Positions 1 to 12,204 of a DNA stretch of 41,728 nt are shown here, piece after piece. The first letter of the stretch is position 1; each line of letters begins with the position of its first letter. The stretch is taken from positions 1 through 41,728 of the forward strand of contig VBKW01000036.1 of NCBI GenBank assembly GCA_005879405.1, read 5' to 3'. The notes below the pieces were generated by a model that ran no database searches, had not been told where the DNA came from, and worked only from the letters and a program-made list of their open reading frames with translations. This DNA is from Deltaproteobacteria bacterium. GTDB taxonomy: Bacteria > Desulfobacterota > Binatia > UTPRO1. The position numbers were made by a program, and so were the translations under genes.

Positions 1-1073
1 ATGAAGACGGTGCCGGTCAGTGCGAAGACGGGTCCGAAGATCGGGTTGCGGCGGATCTCTTGCTTGGCGACGCCGACGATATCGCGGCGGAGCAAGCGGC
101 AGAGGAGCAGCATGTCGATGCCGCTCTGGTGGTTGAAGACGAAGACCGCCGGCCGGTGCGACCAAAGATGCTCCTCGCCGGTGACGCGCAGATCGACGCC
201 GGCGAGCGCGGTCCCGAGCTCGCCCCACGTCGAGATGACGACGTTCACCGCCCGCCGCCAGCTGCCGCCGAGAATCGCCGCCGGCAGCCCGAGCGCGAAG
301 GCCGGCGCGAGGCTGCCGACGGCGAGCGCGGTGCGCAGCATCGCGAGCGCGCCCGGCGTGCCGCGGCTGTGGAAGCGCCGCACCGGCCAGCCGCGCTTCG
401 CCGCGATCTCGCCGAGCCGCGCGCTCGGGTTCGTCGGTCGCGGCCGGCCGACGATCTCGAGGAGCGGCAGGTCCTCGTCGCTGTCCGTGTAGAAGAAGCT
501 CTCGGCGAGGTCGACGTCGTGGGCGGCCGCGAAGGTCCGTGCCGCCTCCGCCTTGCCTTCGCCGTAGCACGGCGGATGCACGACGCCGCCGGTGAAGCGG
601 CCGTCGTTCACCTCGAGGCCGGTGCAGAGCACGTGCGGGATGCCGAAGTCGCGCGCCAGCGGCTCGATTTGGTAGCGCGTCGCCGACGACACGACGGCGA
701 CCGTGTGCTGCTTGCGCAAGTGCGCGCGGACGAGCGCGCGCGACTCCGGGTAGACGTCACCGGCGAGGCGCTCGCGAAACACGCGCTCGGCATCGGCCTC
801 GAACTCCGTCTCGGAGCGTCCCGCCATGCGCGCCACCGTGCTGGCGATGAACCCGGAGAAGCCGAGCGCGCCGAGCTGGAAGCGCGTCGCCGCGACGAGC
901 GTCTCCGCGAGCTCGCGGACGCTCATGCGCCCGGTCATCATGTCGTCGCGGATGAACGCGGTCGCGGAGAAGCCAGCGAGGAGCGTCCGATCGAGATCGA
1001 AGAAGGCCGCGACGTGCGGACCCGACGGGCCGCGCTCGATCTCGGCGATCAGCTCGGCGGGGGCGCGCGTCAA
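1..1073 (-). CDS. HAD-IB hydrolase fused to 1-acylglycerol-3-phosphate acyltransferase domain (runs off the left edge of the window)
   Basis: Manual translation from TTG at 1073 (not in ORF track): HAD motif I AAFFDLDRTL, VVSSAT, GEGK, YTDSDEDLPLL, then acyltransferase motif FNHQSGID and AKQEIRRNPIFG. Starts just after the purF stop. Confidence 0.85.
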   Translation of the reverse strand, partial: MTRAPAELIAEIERGPSGPHVAAFFDLDRTLLAGFSATAFIRDDMMTGRMSVRELAETLVAATRFQLGALGFSGFIASTVARMAGRSETEFEADAERVFRERLAGDVYPESRALVRAHLRKQHTVAVVSSATRYQIEPLARDFGIPHVLCTGLEVNDGRFTGGVVHPPCYGEGKAEAARTFAAAHDVDLAESFFYTDSDEDLPLLEIVGRPRPTNPSARLGEIAAKRGWPVRRFHSRGTPGALAMLRTALAVGSLAPAFALGLPAAILGGSWRRAVNVVISTWGELGTALAGVDLRVTGEEHLWSHRPAVFVFNHQSGIDMLLLCRLLRRDIVGVAKQEIRRNPIFGPVFALTGTVF

Positions 1074-1088
1074 CTCGAGTCGCGCCGC

Positions 1089-2534
1089 TCAGCGCTCCTC
1101 GGCGGCGTCGAAGAGCACCAGCTGGCGGTGCTTGGCGTGGTCCTCGAACGGGACGGGATAGCGACCGGTGAAGCAGGCGTCGCAGAAGCCGCTCTGCTTC
1201 CCGCCGAGAAACGCGTACATGCCCTCCTCGCTGAGATACGCCAGCGTGTCGGCGGTGATGTAACGGCGGATCTCCTCGACGTCGTGCGACGAGGCGATGA
1301 GCTCGCTGCGATTCGGGGTGTCGATGCCGTAGTAGCAGGGGCTCGTCGTCGGCGGCGAGCTGATCCGCATGTGCACCTCGCGCGCGCCGGCGTCGCGGAT
1401 CATCTTCACGATCTTGCGGCTGGTCGTGCCGCGCACGATCGAGTCGTCGACGACGATGACGCGCTTCCCGGCGAGCACCTCGCGCTGGGCGTTGAGCTTC
1501 ACCTTCACGCCGAAGTGGCGGATCGCGTCCTGCGGCTCGATGAACGTCCGTCCGACGTAGTGATTGCGGATGAGCCCCATCTCGAACGGGATGCCCGACT
1601 CTTCCGCGTAGCCGATCGCCGCCGGGACACCAGAGTCCGGCACCGGCACGACGATGTCGGCCTCGACCGGCGACTCGCGCGCCAGCTGGTGGCCGAGCTC
1701 CTTGCGCGTGCGGTACACGCTGCGCCCGAAGACGGTCGAGTCCGGGCGCGCGAAGTAGATGTACTCGAAGATGCACTTCGTCGGCGCCTCCGGCGCGAAC
1801 GGCTTGTACGAGGACAGCCCCGCTTCCGACAGGACGACGACCTCGCCCGGCTCGACCTCGCGCTCGTAGGTCGCGTCCATGAGGTCGAGGGCGCAGGTCT
1901 CGGACGCGAGCACGTACGCGCCCTTCACACGTCCGAGGACGAGCGGCCGGAAGCCGTGCGGATCGCGGACGCCGATCAACTTGTCGGTCGAGAGAAAGAC
2001 CAGCGAGTACGCGCCGCGCACCTCGCGCAGCGCCTCGACGACGCGATCCTCGAGCGTCTCACCCTGGGACGCGGCGATCAGGTGGATGATGACCTCGCTG
2101 TCGACGGTCGATTGGAAGATCGAGCCGCGCGCCTCGAGCCGCTCGCGCAGCTCCTCGGCGTTCACCAGGTTGCCGTTGTGCGCGACCGCGAGACCGCCGC
2201 GCCCGTACTCGACGACGAGCGGCTGGGCGTTCTTCAGATGCGACGCGCCGGCGGTCGAGTAGCGGTTGTGGCCGATCGCGGCGTCGCCGCGCAGACGCCG
2301 CACGATGTCCTCGCGAAAGACGTCGGCGACGAGGCCCATGCCCCGATGCGAGACGAGCACGTGCCCGTCCGACGAGACGATACCCGCCGCCTCCTGACCG
2401 CGGTGCTGCAGCGCGCAAAGCCCGAGATAGGCGAGGTTCGCCGCCTCGGGGTGGCCATACACCCCGACGACGCCGCACTTCTCGGTGAACCCGTCGAGTG
2501 CGGCCGAAGTCCGGACGACATCGCTCACGTTCAC
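1089..2534 (-). CDS. purF: amidophosphoribosyltransferase
   Basis: Propeptide-EKCGVVG, LQHRGQE, GHNRYST, HNGNLVN, PRPP loop [12 protein letters not shown]-terminal FCDAC. Confidence 0.97.
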   Translation of the reverse strand: MNVSDVVRTSAALDGFTEKCGVVGVYGHPEAANLAYLGLCALQHRGQEAAGIVSSDGHVLVSHRGMGLVADVFREDIVRRLRGDAAIGHNRYSTAGASHLKNAQPLVVEYGRGGLAVAHNGNLVNAEELRERLEARGSIFQSTVDSEVIIHLIAASQGETLEDRVVEALREVRGAYSLVFLSTDKLIGVRDPHGFRPLVLGRVKGAYVLASETCALDLMDATYEREVEPGEVVVLSEAGLSSYKPFAPEAPTKCIFEYIYFARPDSTVFGRSVYRTRKELGHQLARESPVEADIVVPVPDSGVPAAIGYAEESGIPFEMGLIRNHYVGRTFIEPQDAIRHFGVKVKLNAQREVLAGKRVIVVDDSIVRGTTSRKIVKMIRDAGAREVHMRISSPPTTSPCYYGIDTPNRSELIASSHDVEEIRRYITADTLAYLSEEGMYAFLGGKQSGFCDACFTGRYPVPFEDHAKHRQLVLFDAAEER

Positions 2535-2541
2535 AGACCTA

Positions 2542-4772
<2,231 letters not shown>

Positions 4773-4776
<4 letters not shown>

Positions 4777-5431
4777 GGACCCGAAACCACCTTCGCGATC
4801 GACGGTTCTGCGCCCGCCGCCGCAATCACCGAGAGGAAGATCTTGCGCCCGTCCTCGCCGCCGACGAGACGCTCACAGGCGTGCTCCGGGTGCGGCATCA
4901 TCCCGAAGACATTGCCACGCGCATTGCGGACGCCGGCGATCGACGCCAGCGAGCCGTTCGGGTTCGCCTCAGGGTCGCGCCATCGGCGACGTAGCAGCCG
5001 TCGCCGTGCTTGATGGGAATGTCCAGCACGTCACCGCGCCGGCAGCGGTTGGTGAAGAGCGTGTCGGCGTCGTCGACGCGGAGATGCACCCGCGTGCAGA
5101 GGAACGAGAGGCCGCGGTTGCGGATCCGCGCACCCGGCAGGAGCCCGGCTTCGCAGAGAATCTGGAAGCCGTTGCAGATGCCGATGACGACTCGACCCGC
5201 CGCTGCAAAGTCTGCCACCGCGCGCATGATCGGCGAGAAGCGCGCCATCGCGCCGCAGCGGAGATAATCGCCATACGAGAAACCGCCCGGCAGCAGGACG
5301 CAGTCGAGACCGTCGAGCGCCGTATCCTTGTGCCAGAGGCGGACGACGCTCTCGCCGAGCAGGGTCTCGAGGGCGTACGCCGCCTGTACGTCGTCGTTCG
5401 ATCCCGGAAACGTGATGACGCCCCATTTCAT
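4773..5431 (-). pseudogene. purQ: FGAM synthase glutaminase subunit PurQ, frameshifted with an apparent internal deletion near 4970 (or assembly error)
   Basis: N-part has [37 protein letters not shown]-part in another frame has EANPNGS...[12 protein letters not shown] and a TGA at 4773-4775 overlapping the purL GTG. The usual 'LE..GQVVFRY' segment is missing. Confidence 0.85.
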
Positions 5432-5474
5432 GCGCGCAGGCCCATTCTAACCATTCGGCCGGGGGCGGCTACCG

Positions 5475-5729
5475 TCACGAGGCTTCGTCGATGGTGAAGG
5501 TGAAGTCTTCGATGACGCCGTTGGCAAGCAGGCGCTCGCACATCTCGCGGACGCGGGTCTGCGCGCTGTCGCGGCTGACGTCGGCGAGGTGGAGATCGAC
5601 GACCTTCCCGATCCGCACGTCCGTGACTTCCGGATACCCGAGGGTGTGCAGCGAATGCTCGACCGCTTTGCCTTGCGGGTCGAGGATGCCTTCCTTCGGC
5701 GTCACGAACACGCGCGCTCGCCACGCCAT
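5475..5729 (-). CDS. purS: FGAM synthase subunit PurS
   Basis: PKEGILDPQGKAV, VRIGK, MCERLLANGVIEDF; 84 aa; between purC and purQ. Confidence 0.95.
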   Translation of the reverse strand: MAWRARVFVTPKEGILDPQGKAVEHSLHTLGYPEVTDVRIGKVVDLHLADVSRDSAQTRVREMCERLLANGVIEDFTFTIDEAS

Positions 5730-5747
5730 GGCGTCTCCGCCCCCGGA

Positions 5748-6461
5748 TCACGCGCCGACGCGGCGCGCGATCTCCTCGTATGCCTCCTCGACGCGGCCGA
5801 GGTCGCGTCGGAAACGATCCTTGTCGAGCTTCTCTCCCGAGCTGCTGTCCCAGAACCGGCAGGTATCGGGGCAGATCTCGTCGCCGAGAATGATCGTGCC
5901 GTGATGGCGGCCGAACTCGAGCTTCATGTCGACGAGGACGATGCCGCGCTCGGCGACGAACGGCCGCAGGACGGCGTTTACCTTCAGCGTGAGCTCGACC
6001 ATGCGATCGATCTCCGCCTGCGTCGCCATCCCGAGGACGCGCACGTGCCACTCGTTGATCATCGGATCGTCGAGGGCGTCGCTCTTGTAGTAGAACTCGA
6101 CGATCGGCTCGGGCAGCGCCTTGCCCTCTTCGATCCCGAGGCGTTTCGCGAGGCTGCCGGCGATGACGTTCCGCACCACCATCTCGACCGGCACGATCTC
6201 GAGACGCTTCACCAGCATGTGGCGGTCGTCGAGGCGGCGGACGAAATGCGTCGGCACCCCCTCGCGCTCGAGGAGACGGAAGAAGACCTCCGAGATGGCG
6301 TTGTTGCGAACGCCTTTCTCGATGATCGTGCCGCGTTTCTTGGCGTTGAACGCGGTCGCGTCGTCCTTGAAGTACTGGAGGAGAAGATCGGGATCGCCGG
6401 TGGCGAAGAGCTTCTTCGCCTTCCCCTCGTAGACGAGCTCTCGCGCTTCCACGTCGCTCAT
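5748..6461 (-). CDS. purC: SAICAR synthase
   Basis: YEGKAKKLF, FKDDATAFN, VVRNVIAGS, DMKLEFG, DEICPDTCRFWD, LDKDRFR. Confidence 0.97.
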   Translation of the reverse strand: MSDVEARELVYEGKAKKLFATGDPDLLLQYFKDDATAFNAKKRGTIIEKGVRNNAISEVFFRLLEREGVPTHFVRRLDDRHMLVKRLEIVPVEMVVRNVIAGSLAKRLGIEEGKALPEPIVEFYYKSDALDDPMINEWHVRVLGMATQAEIDRMVELTLKVNAVLRPFVAERGIVLVDMKLEFGRHHGTIILGDEICPDTCRFWDSSSGEKLDKDRFRRDLGRVEEAYEEIARRVGA

Positions 6462-7825
6462 CGGATCCCCCCAGGCGTTGCGCGGACGGGCCGCGGCCGA
6501 TCCGCCGGGCCGCGTCGTCGCGTCGAGCGATTGCTACCCAACGCTCGGCGAAAGAGCAAGTCTAAATTCGCGAGATGGCGCGCGGGATCGAGCAGCGCAG
6601 CGATTTGCTGCTTCGTGAGCCGCGTGCGCACCTCGGGCTCGGCACTGAGCGCGTCGGCGAAGCTCGCGCCGCCGTCCCACGCCGCGTGCGCGGCGCGCTG
6701 CACCCAGCGATACGCGTCCTCGCGGCGTGCGCCCGCTCGCACCAGCGCGAGTAGCACGTCCTCCGACAGCACGATGCCGTGGCTGCGCTCGAGGTTCTCA
6801 CGCATCCGCTCGGGGCGGACCACGAGTCCGCCGAGCACCGCAGTCATGCGCGCCAGCATGTAGTCGAGCGCGCAGGTCGCGTCGGGCGCGATCACGCGCT
6901 CGACCGACGAGTGGCTGATGTCGCGCTCGTGCCAGAGCGCGACGTCCTCCAGCGCCGCGCCGGCGTACGCACGCAGGAGGCGGGCCAGGCCGACGGCGTT
7001 CTCGGCGACGATCGGGTTGCGCTTGTGCGGCATGGCCGACGAGCCCTTTTGTTTCTCGCTGAACGGCTCCTCGGCCTCGCCGACCTCGGTGCGCTGTAAG
7101 TGACGGATCTCGATCGCGATGCGCTCGAGGCCGGAGCCGGCGAGCGCGAGCGCGGCGAAGAACTCGGCGTGACGGTCGCGCGCGACGACTTGCGTCGCCA
7201 GCGGCTCCGGCGTGAGAGCGAGCCGTTCGAGGACGTACGCCTCGACCTCGGGTGCCACGTTGCCGAAGACGCCGACGGCGCCCGAGATCTTGCCGACCGC
7301 GACCTGCCGCGCCGCGCGCTCCAGCCGCTCGCGATTGCGGACCGCTTCGGTGTACCAGCCGGCGACCTTGAGGCCGAACGTGATCGGCTCCGCGTGCATG
7401 CCGTGCGTGCGGCCGATCATCAATGTCCGCTTGTGGCGCCGTGCCAACCGACGCAGGGTCGCGATCAAGAGGTCTTGTCCTGCGAGCAGCACGCGCGCCG
7501 CCTCGCGCAGCTGCAGCGCGAAGCCGGTATCGAGAACGTCCGACGAGGTCAGACCGAGGTGGAGGAAGCGGCCTTCCGGTCCCACCGATTCCGCGACCTG
7601 CGTCACGAACGCGATGACGTCGTGTTTCACCTCCGCCTCGAGCGCGGCGATGCGCGCGACGTCGATGCGGCCGCGACGGCGGATGGCCCGGACGGCGGCT
7701 TTGGGGACGCTGCCGCGCGCGGCGAGCGCCTCGCACGCGAGGATCTCGATCTCGAGCCAGTGCGCGTACCGTGCCTCCTCGGTCCAGATCCGTCCCATCG
7801 CCGGGCGGGTGTAGCGGGGAATCAT
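6458..7825 (-). CDS. purB: adenylosuccinate lyase
   Basis: [47 protein letters not shown]. Confidence 0.97.
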   Translation of the reverse strand: MIPRYTRPAMGRIWTEEARYAHWLEIEILACEALAARGSVPKAAVRAIRRRGRIDVARIAALEAEVKHDVIAFVTQVAESVGPEGRFLHLGLTSSDVLDTGFALQLREAARVLLAGQDLLIATLRRLARRHKRTLMIGRTHGMHAEPITFGLKVAGWYTEAVRNRERLERAARQVAVGKISGAVGVFGNVAPEVEAYVLERLALTPEPLATQVVARDRHAEFFAALALAGSGLERIAIEIRHLQRTEVGEAEEPFSEKQKGSSAMPHKRNPIVAENAVGLARLLRAYAGAALEDVALWHERDISHSSVERVIAPDATCALDYMLARMTAVLGGLVVRPERMRENLERSHGIVLSEDVLLALVRAGARREDAYRWVQRAAHAAWDGGASFADALSAEPEVRTRLTKQQIAALLDPARHLANLDLLFRRALGSNRSTRRRGPADRPRPVRATPGGIR

Positions 7826-7829
7826 CGCC

Positions 7830-9176
7830 TCACCCCAACGCCTCGAACACGTCGATGCCGGGCGCGTGACGGCCGACGTCGCCGAGCAGCACGAGCGCGC
7901 AGCCGTCTGCGACGAAGAGCCGCTCGGCCGCGCCGACGACGTCGTCGTTCGTGACGGCGTCGATCCGCCGCGCGATCTCGTCAGCCGACACCGCGCGGCC
8001 GAAGTACATCTCCTCGAGCGCGAGGCGCTCCATGCGCTGCTCGGAGGTCTCGAGCGCGAGCAGCAAGGTGCCCTTGAGCTTGCCCTTGGCTCGCGCCAGC
8101 TCGTCGGCGGGCAAGCCTTCGCGCCGCAGGCGGCGCAGCTCCATCACAATCACGTCCACGACCTCGCGCACCCAGCGCGCCCGCGTACCCGCGGCGATGC
8201 CGACGTAGCCGGTGTCGCGATACGACGAGACGAACGAGTCGATCGAGTACGCGCGGCCGCGGCGCTCGCGGATCTCCTGGAAGAGCCGCGAGCTCGGGCT
8301 GTCGCCGAGCGCCGCGTTCAGTACGGCGACCGCGTCGCGCGCCGGATCCGTGACCGCTACGCCGCGCGTCCCGAGCACGAGCTGCACCTGCTCGAGCTTG
8401 CGCTGGTGCACCGCAACGCAGCCGCGCGCCGTCGGCACGCAGTCGTCGACCGCGGCAGCGCGGCCGTCGAGGTCGCCGAAGCGGGCGCCGATCGCGTCGA
8501 CGAGCGCGGCGTGGTACACCTTCCCGGCGGCGGTGACGATCAGTCGATCGGGGCGATAGCGTGCGGCGAGCAACGCCAAGCAGGCGTCGCGGTCGAAGCG
8601 CGCGACGCTCGCGCGCGTGCCACAGACCGGCGACCCGAGCGGGTGCTCGCGCCAGTACTCTTGGTGGAAGAGATCGTGGACGAGGTCGTCGGGCGTGTCC
8701 TCGATCTGCGCGATCTCCTCGAGCACGACCTCACGCTCGCGCGCGATGTCGTCGGCGTCGAATCGCGACGCCCGAAAGACGTCCGCAAGGAGATCGATCG
8801 CGAGCGCCGAGTGCTCGCCCAGCACCTTCGCGTAGTAGCAGGTGAACTCACGATCGGTGTCGGCGTTCAGGACACCGCCGACGGCGTCGATCTCCTCGGC
8901 GATCTGCGCTGCGCTCCGGCGTGCGGTGCCCTTGAAGAAGAGATGCTCGATGAAGTGCGAGAGCCCGCACTGCGCCGCGGTCTCGTCGCGGGAGCCGTGC
9001 CCGACCCAGAGGCCGATCGCCGCCGACGCGACGCCGGGGATCTCCTCGGAGACGATGCGGATGCCGTTCGCGAGCTCGGTCTTCTCGATTCCGACGTCGG
9101 GACGCGCGTCGGCGCCGGCGGTCGCGCGTCCGGTGCGCGGCCGCTGCCGTCGTGGGTGGCGTCGCTCAGCGGGCAG
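7830..9176 (-). CDS. M16 family zinc peptidase (pitrilysin/insulinase-like); start uncertain, possibly CTG at 9176
   Basis: The frame of ORF 7830..8825 stays open upstream: [14 protein letters not shown]...GSRDE...[14 protein letters not shown] (HXXEH). Also [13 protein letters not shown]. Directly downstream of pnp. Confidence 0.85.
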   Translation of the reverse strand: MPAERRHPRRQRPRTGRATAGADARPDVGIEKTELANGIRIVSEEIPGVASAAIGLWVGHGSRDETAAQCGLSHFIEHLFFKGTARRSAAQIAEEIDAVGGVLNADTDREFTCYYAKVLGEHSALAIDLLADVFRASRFDADDIAREREVVLEEIAQIEDTPDDLVHDLFHQEYWREHPLGSPVCGTRASVARFDRDACLALLAARYRPDRLIVTAAGKVYHAALVDAIGARFGDLDGRAAAVDDCVPTARGCVAVHQRKLEQVQLVLGTRGVAVTDPARDAVAVLNAALGDSPSSRLFQEIRERRGRAYSIDSFVSSYRDTGYVGIAAGTRARWVREVVDVIVMELRRLRREGLPADELARAKGKLKGTLLLALETSEQRMERLALEEMYFGRAVSADEIARRIDAVTNDDVVGAAERLFVADGCALVLLGDVGRHAPGIDVFEALG

Positions 9177-11274
9177 CGCCCGCCTCCGCGCCGAGGGCCT
9201 CCTTGCGGGAGAGGCGGATCTTGCCGCTCTTGTCGACCTCGAGGACTTTCACCATCACCTCGTCGCCCTCGTTCAGCACGTCGCGCACCTTGGCGACGCG
9301 CTCGGCCGCGAGCTGCGAGATGTGCACGAGACCGTCGGTGCCGGGGAGGATCTCGACGAAGGCACCGAAGTCCATGATCTTCTTGACCGTCCCTTTGTAG
9401 ATCTTCCCGACCTCGGCCTCGGCGGTGAGGCGGTGGATCCAGTCGACGGCCTTCTGCATCGCCGACTCGTCGGCCGACGCGATGTAGATCGTCCCATCGT
9501 CCTCGACGTCGATCTTGACGCCGGTCTCCTCGATGATGCCGCGAATCACCTTGCCGCCCGGTCCGATCACGTCGCGAATGCGGTCGACGCGGATCTTCAG
9601 CGTCACAATGCGCGGTGCGTATGACGACACGTCGGAACGTGGCTGCGCGAGCGCCGTCTGCATCGCGTGCAGAATGTGGAGGCGTCCGTCGCGCGCCTGG
9701 TAGAGCGCGTCGCGCATGATGTCGCGCGTCACGCCGCCGATCTTGATGTCCATCTGCACGGCGGTGACGCCCTCGGACGTCCCGGCGACCTTGAAGTCCA
9801 TGTCGCCGAGGTGGTCCTCGTCGCCGAGGATGTCCGAAAGGACGCGGATCTCGTTGCCTTCGCGGATGAGGCCCATCGCGATGCCGGCGACCGGCGATTT
9901 GACCGGCACGCCGGCGTCCATGAGCGCGAGCGAGCTGCCGCAAACCGTCGCCATCGACGACGAGCCGTTCGACTCCAGGATCTCGGAGACGAGCCGGACC
10001 GTGTACGGGAACTGCGTTTCGTCCGGCAGCACCGCCGTGATCGCGCGCTCGGCGAGGGCACCGTGGCCGATCTCGCGCCGCCCCGGGCCGCGCAGGAACT
10101 TCACCTCGCCGACGCTGAACGGCGGGAAGTTATAGTGCAGCATGAACTTCTTGTAGGTGTCGCCGATGAGGGCGTCGATGCGCTGCTCGTCGGACGACGT
10201 GCCGAGCGTGGCGACGACGAGCGCCTGCGTCTCGCCGCGCGTGAAGAGCGCCGACCCGTGCGTCCGCGGCAACACCTGCACCTCGCACGAGATCGGGCGG
10301 ATATCGGCGAGGCCGCGGCCATCGAGGCGGCGCTTCTCGCCGACGATCATGCCGCGCACGATCTCCTCGTGGACGTGCTCGAAGAGGTTCTTCACTTCGC
10401 GCTCGCGCTCCGGGAACTCGCTCGCGAGCGCGGCGAGCACGTCGGCGCGCACTTGCCGTACGGCGTCGGCGCGCTCGTGCTTGCCGGAGGTGGTGAGCGC
10501 CTCGACGATCTTCGACGACGCGAGCTCGCGCACGCGCGCCGCGAGCTTGTGATCGACCGCCGGCGGCTCGACGGTGCGCTTCGGCTTGCCGACGGCGCGC
10601 CGCAGCTCCGCTTGCATGTCGAGGATCGGCTGCAGCTCGCGATGGCCGAAGTAGAGCGCGTCGAGCACGACGTCCTCGGACAGCATCCGCGCCCCGCCCT
10701 CGACCATGACGATCGCGTCGCGCGAGCCGGCGATGATCATCTGCAGATCGCAGTCCGGGAGCTGCGACGCCATCGGGTTCAAGACGAGCTTCCCATCGAT
10801 CCGGCCGACGCGGACGCCCGCGATCGGGCCGTTGAACGGGATGTCGGACATCTCGAGCGCCGCCGACGCGCCGATCATCGCCAGCACGTCGGGATCGTTC
10901 TCCTTGTCGTACGACAGCACGGTCGCGATGACCTGCGTCTCGCAGCGGAAGCCGTCGGGAAAGAGCGGCCGCAGCGGCCGGTCGCAGAGACGCGAGGTCA
11001 GGACCTCCTTCTCACTCGGTCGGCCCTCGCGCTTGAAGAAGCCGCCCGGGATCTTGCCCGCGGCGAACGTCTTCTCCTGGTAGTCGACCGTCAGCGGAAA
11101 GAAGTCGATCGACTCGCGCGGCTCGCGCGCGGCGACAGCGGTCACGAGGACGACGGTATCGCCGTACTGGACGAACGCGGAGCCGTTCGCCTGCTTGGCC
11201 ATGCGACCGCTCTCGATCGAGAGGCGCCGGCCGTGAAGATCCATTTCCACACGTTTCATGAAGCGTACCCCCAT
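9166..11274 (-). CDS. pnp: polyribonucleotide nucleotidyltransferase (alternative start ATG 11259)
   Basis: [51 protein letters not shown] (IGPGGKVIR) and S1 domains. Confidence 0.98.
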   Translation of the reverse strand: MGVRFMKRVEMDLHGRRLSIESGRMAKQANGSAFVQYGDTVVLVTAVAAREPRESIDFFPLTVDYQEKTFAAGKIPGGFFKREGRPSEKEVLTSRLCDRPLRPLFPDGFRCETQVIATVLSYDKENDPDVLAMIGASAALEMSDIPFNGPIAGVRVGRIDGKLVLNPMASQLPDCDLQMIIAGSRDAIVMVEGGARMLSEDVVLDALYFGHRELQPILDMQAELRRAVGKPKRTVEPPAVDHKLAARVRELASSKIVEALTTSGKHERADAVRQVRADVLAALASEFPEREREVKNLFEHVHEEIVRGMIVGEKRRLDGRGLADIRPISCEVQVLPRTHGSALFTRGETQALVVATLGTSSDEQRIDALIGDTYKKFMLHYNFPPFSVGEVKFLRGPGRREIGHGALAERAITAVLPDETQFPYTVRLVSEILESNGSSSMATVCGSSLALMDAGVPVKSPVAGIAMGLIREGNEIRVLSDILGDEDHLGDMDFKVAGTSEGVTAVQMDIKIGGVTRDIMRDALYQARDGRLHILHAMQTALAQPRSDVSSYAPRIVTLKIRVDRIRDVIGPGGKVIRGIIEETGVKIDVEDDGTIYIASADESAMQKAVDWIHRLTAEAEVGKIYKGTVKKIMDFGAFVEILPGTDGLVHISQLAAERVAKVRDVLNEGDEVMVKVLEVDKSGKIRLSRKEALGAEAGAAR

Positions 11275-11339
11275 CCCCCGCAGGGGACTCAGATTGGAAT
11301 GCGTTCGAGAATGGAGATGGGGTGGAAAGAAAGGAGGTG

Positions 11340-11615
11340 TTACTTGCGGATGCCGAGACGCTCGATCAACGACTTGTAGCGCTCGAAATCACTCCGCTTG
11401 AGGTAATCCAGCAGCCGCCGCCTCTGCCCCACGAGCTTGAGTAGCCCGCGCCGCGAATGATGATCTTTCGCGTGCGACTTGAAATGCTCGGTCAGGTACC
11501 CGATGCGGTCGCTGAGCAGCGCGACCTGCACTTCGGGCGACCCGGTGTCGGTCTCGTGACGGCGATACGCCTCGACGATGTGCTGCGCCTCTGCGCTGCT
11601 CGTTCCTTCTCCCAT
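11340..11615 (-). CDS. rpsO: 30S ribosomal protein S15
   Basis: [37 protein letters not shown]; ATG at 11615 preceded by GAGAAGGA; 91 aa. Confidence 0.96.
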   Translation of the reverse strand: MGEGTSSAEAQHIVEAYRRHETDTGSPEVQVALLSDRIGYLTEHFKSHAKDHHSRRGLLKLVGQRRRLLDYLKRSDFERYKSLIERLGIRK

Positions 11616-11683
11616 GTCCTTCTCGTCGACCGTCACGAGTAACATGCACCTGTTGGGATGTAAAGCGAATGCGGCAGCAGGTA

Positions 11684-12178
11684 CTGTCCTACGCTGCCCG
11701 TGAGTGTCCTAATTTCCCGCCGCTAGTGTCCTACTTTCCCACGTTGGCCCGTTCGTCCGCTTCGTCAAGGAGTTGTTCGGCTTCGCGACGCGCCTGCGAC
11801 TGACTCCAGCGGAAGCAGGTCGTCAGCAACCGGCGACCTTTCCGCACGAACGCGGCAAGGGCGAGATGCGCGGATCAGGACCAAGCCGCTGGCACAATCC
11901 GCTGAGAGTCATCAAGGGCGGGCGCAAGTAGATTCCTTGCTGGCGGCGCGTGGTGCGTGCTACGCGCCGCCCTCATGGGCAACATGCTCTACTACGGCGA
12001 CAAATCTGAAGGAGAACCTAGATGGTTGATCCGATTTGGTTCTACGTCATCTTCGGCGTGGTCGTGGTCGTGGTGGCGATCCTGATGTGGTGGGCGGGAG
12101 CCTTCAAGAGGCACTAACCGGACTCCGCCGTCACCCTGGGTGTCCTAATTTCCCGCTCCGGGTGTCTACTTAGGACAG
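11684..12178. mobile_element. Repeat-bounded relic/insertion scar (no intact transposase)
   Basis: ctgtccta (11684-11691) and taggacag (12171-12178) inverted ends; identical 17-mer gtgtcctaatttcccgc at 11704-11720 and 12140-12156 with a variant at 11726-11740; cggcagcaggt on both flanks (11672-11682, 12183-12193); contains gene fragments. Confidence 0.5.
12022..12117 (+). CDS. small single-pass membrane protein, 31 aa (MVDPIWFYVIFGVVVVVVAILMWWAGAFKRH)
   Basis: Strong SD AAGGAG 7 nt upstream of ATG; one hydrophobic helix followed by a basic C-tail. Confidence 0.5.
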   Translation: MVDPIWFYVIFGVVVVVVAILMWWAGAFKRH

Positions 12179-12204
12179 CGCCCGGCAGCAGGTCGTGACG
12201 ATGG

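Noticed and set aside
4960-4985. Programmed ribosomal frameshift in purQ (also considered for the ligase and yqeY)
   Set aside because: No slippery heptamer, and conserved residues are missing, so a frameshift would not restore the protein.
11328-11379. Perfect plus-strand SD (agaaaggaggtg) before an 11-codon ORF antisense to rpsO
   Set aside because: Too short and overlaps rpsO; more simply read as the minus-strand anti-SD-like motif.
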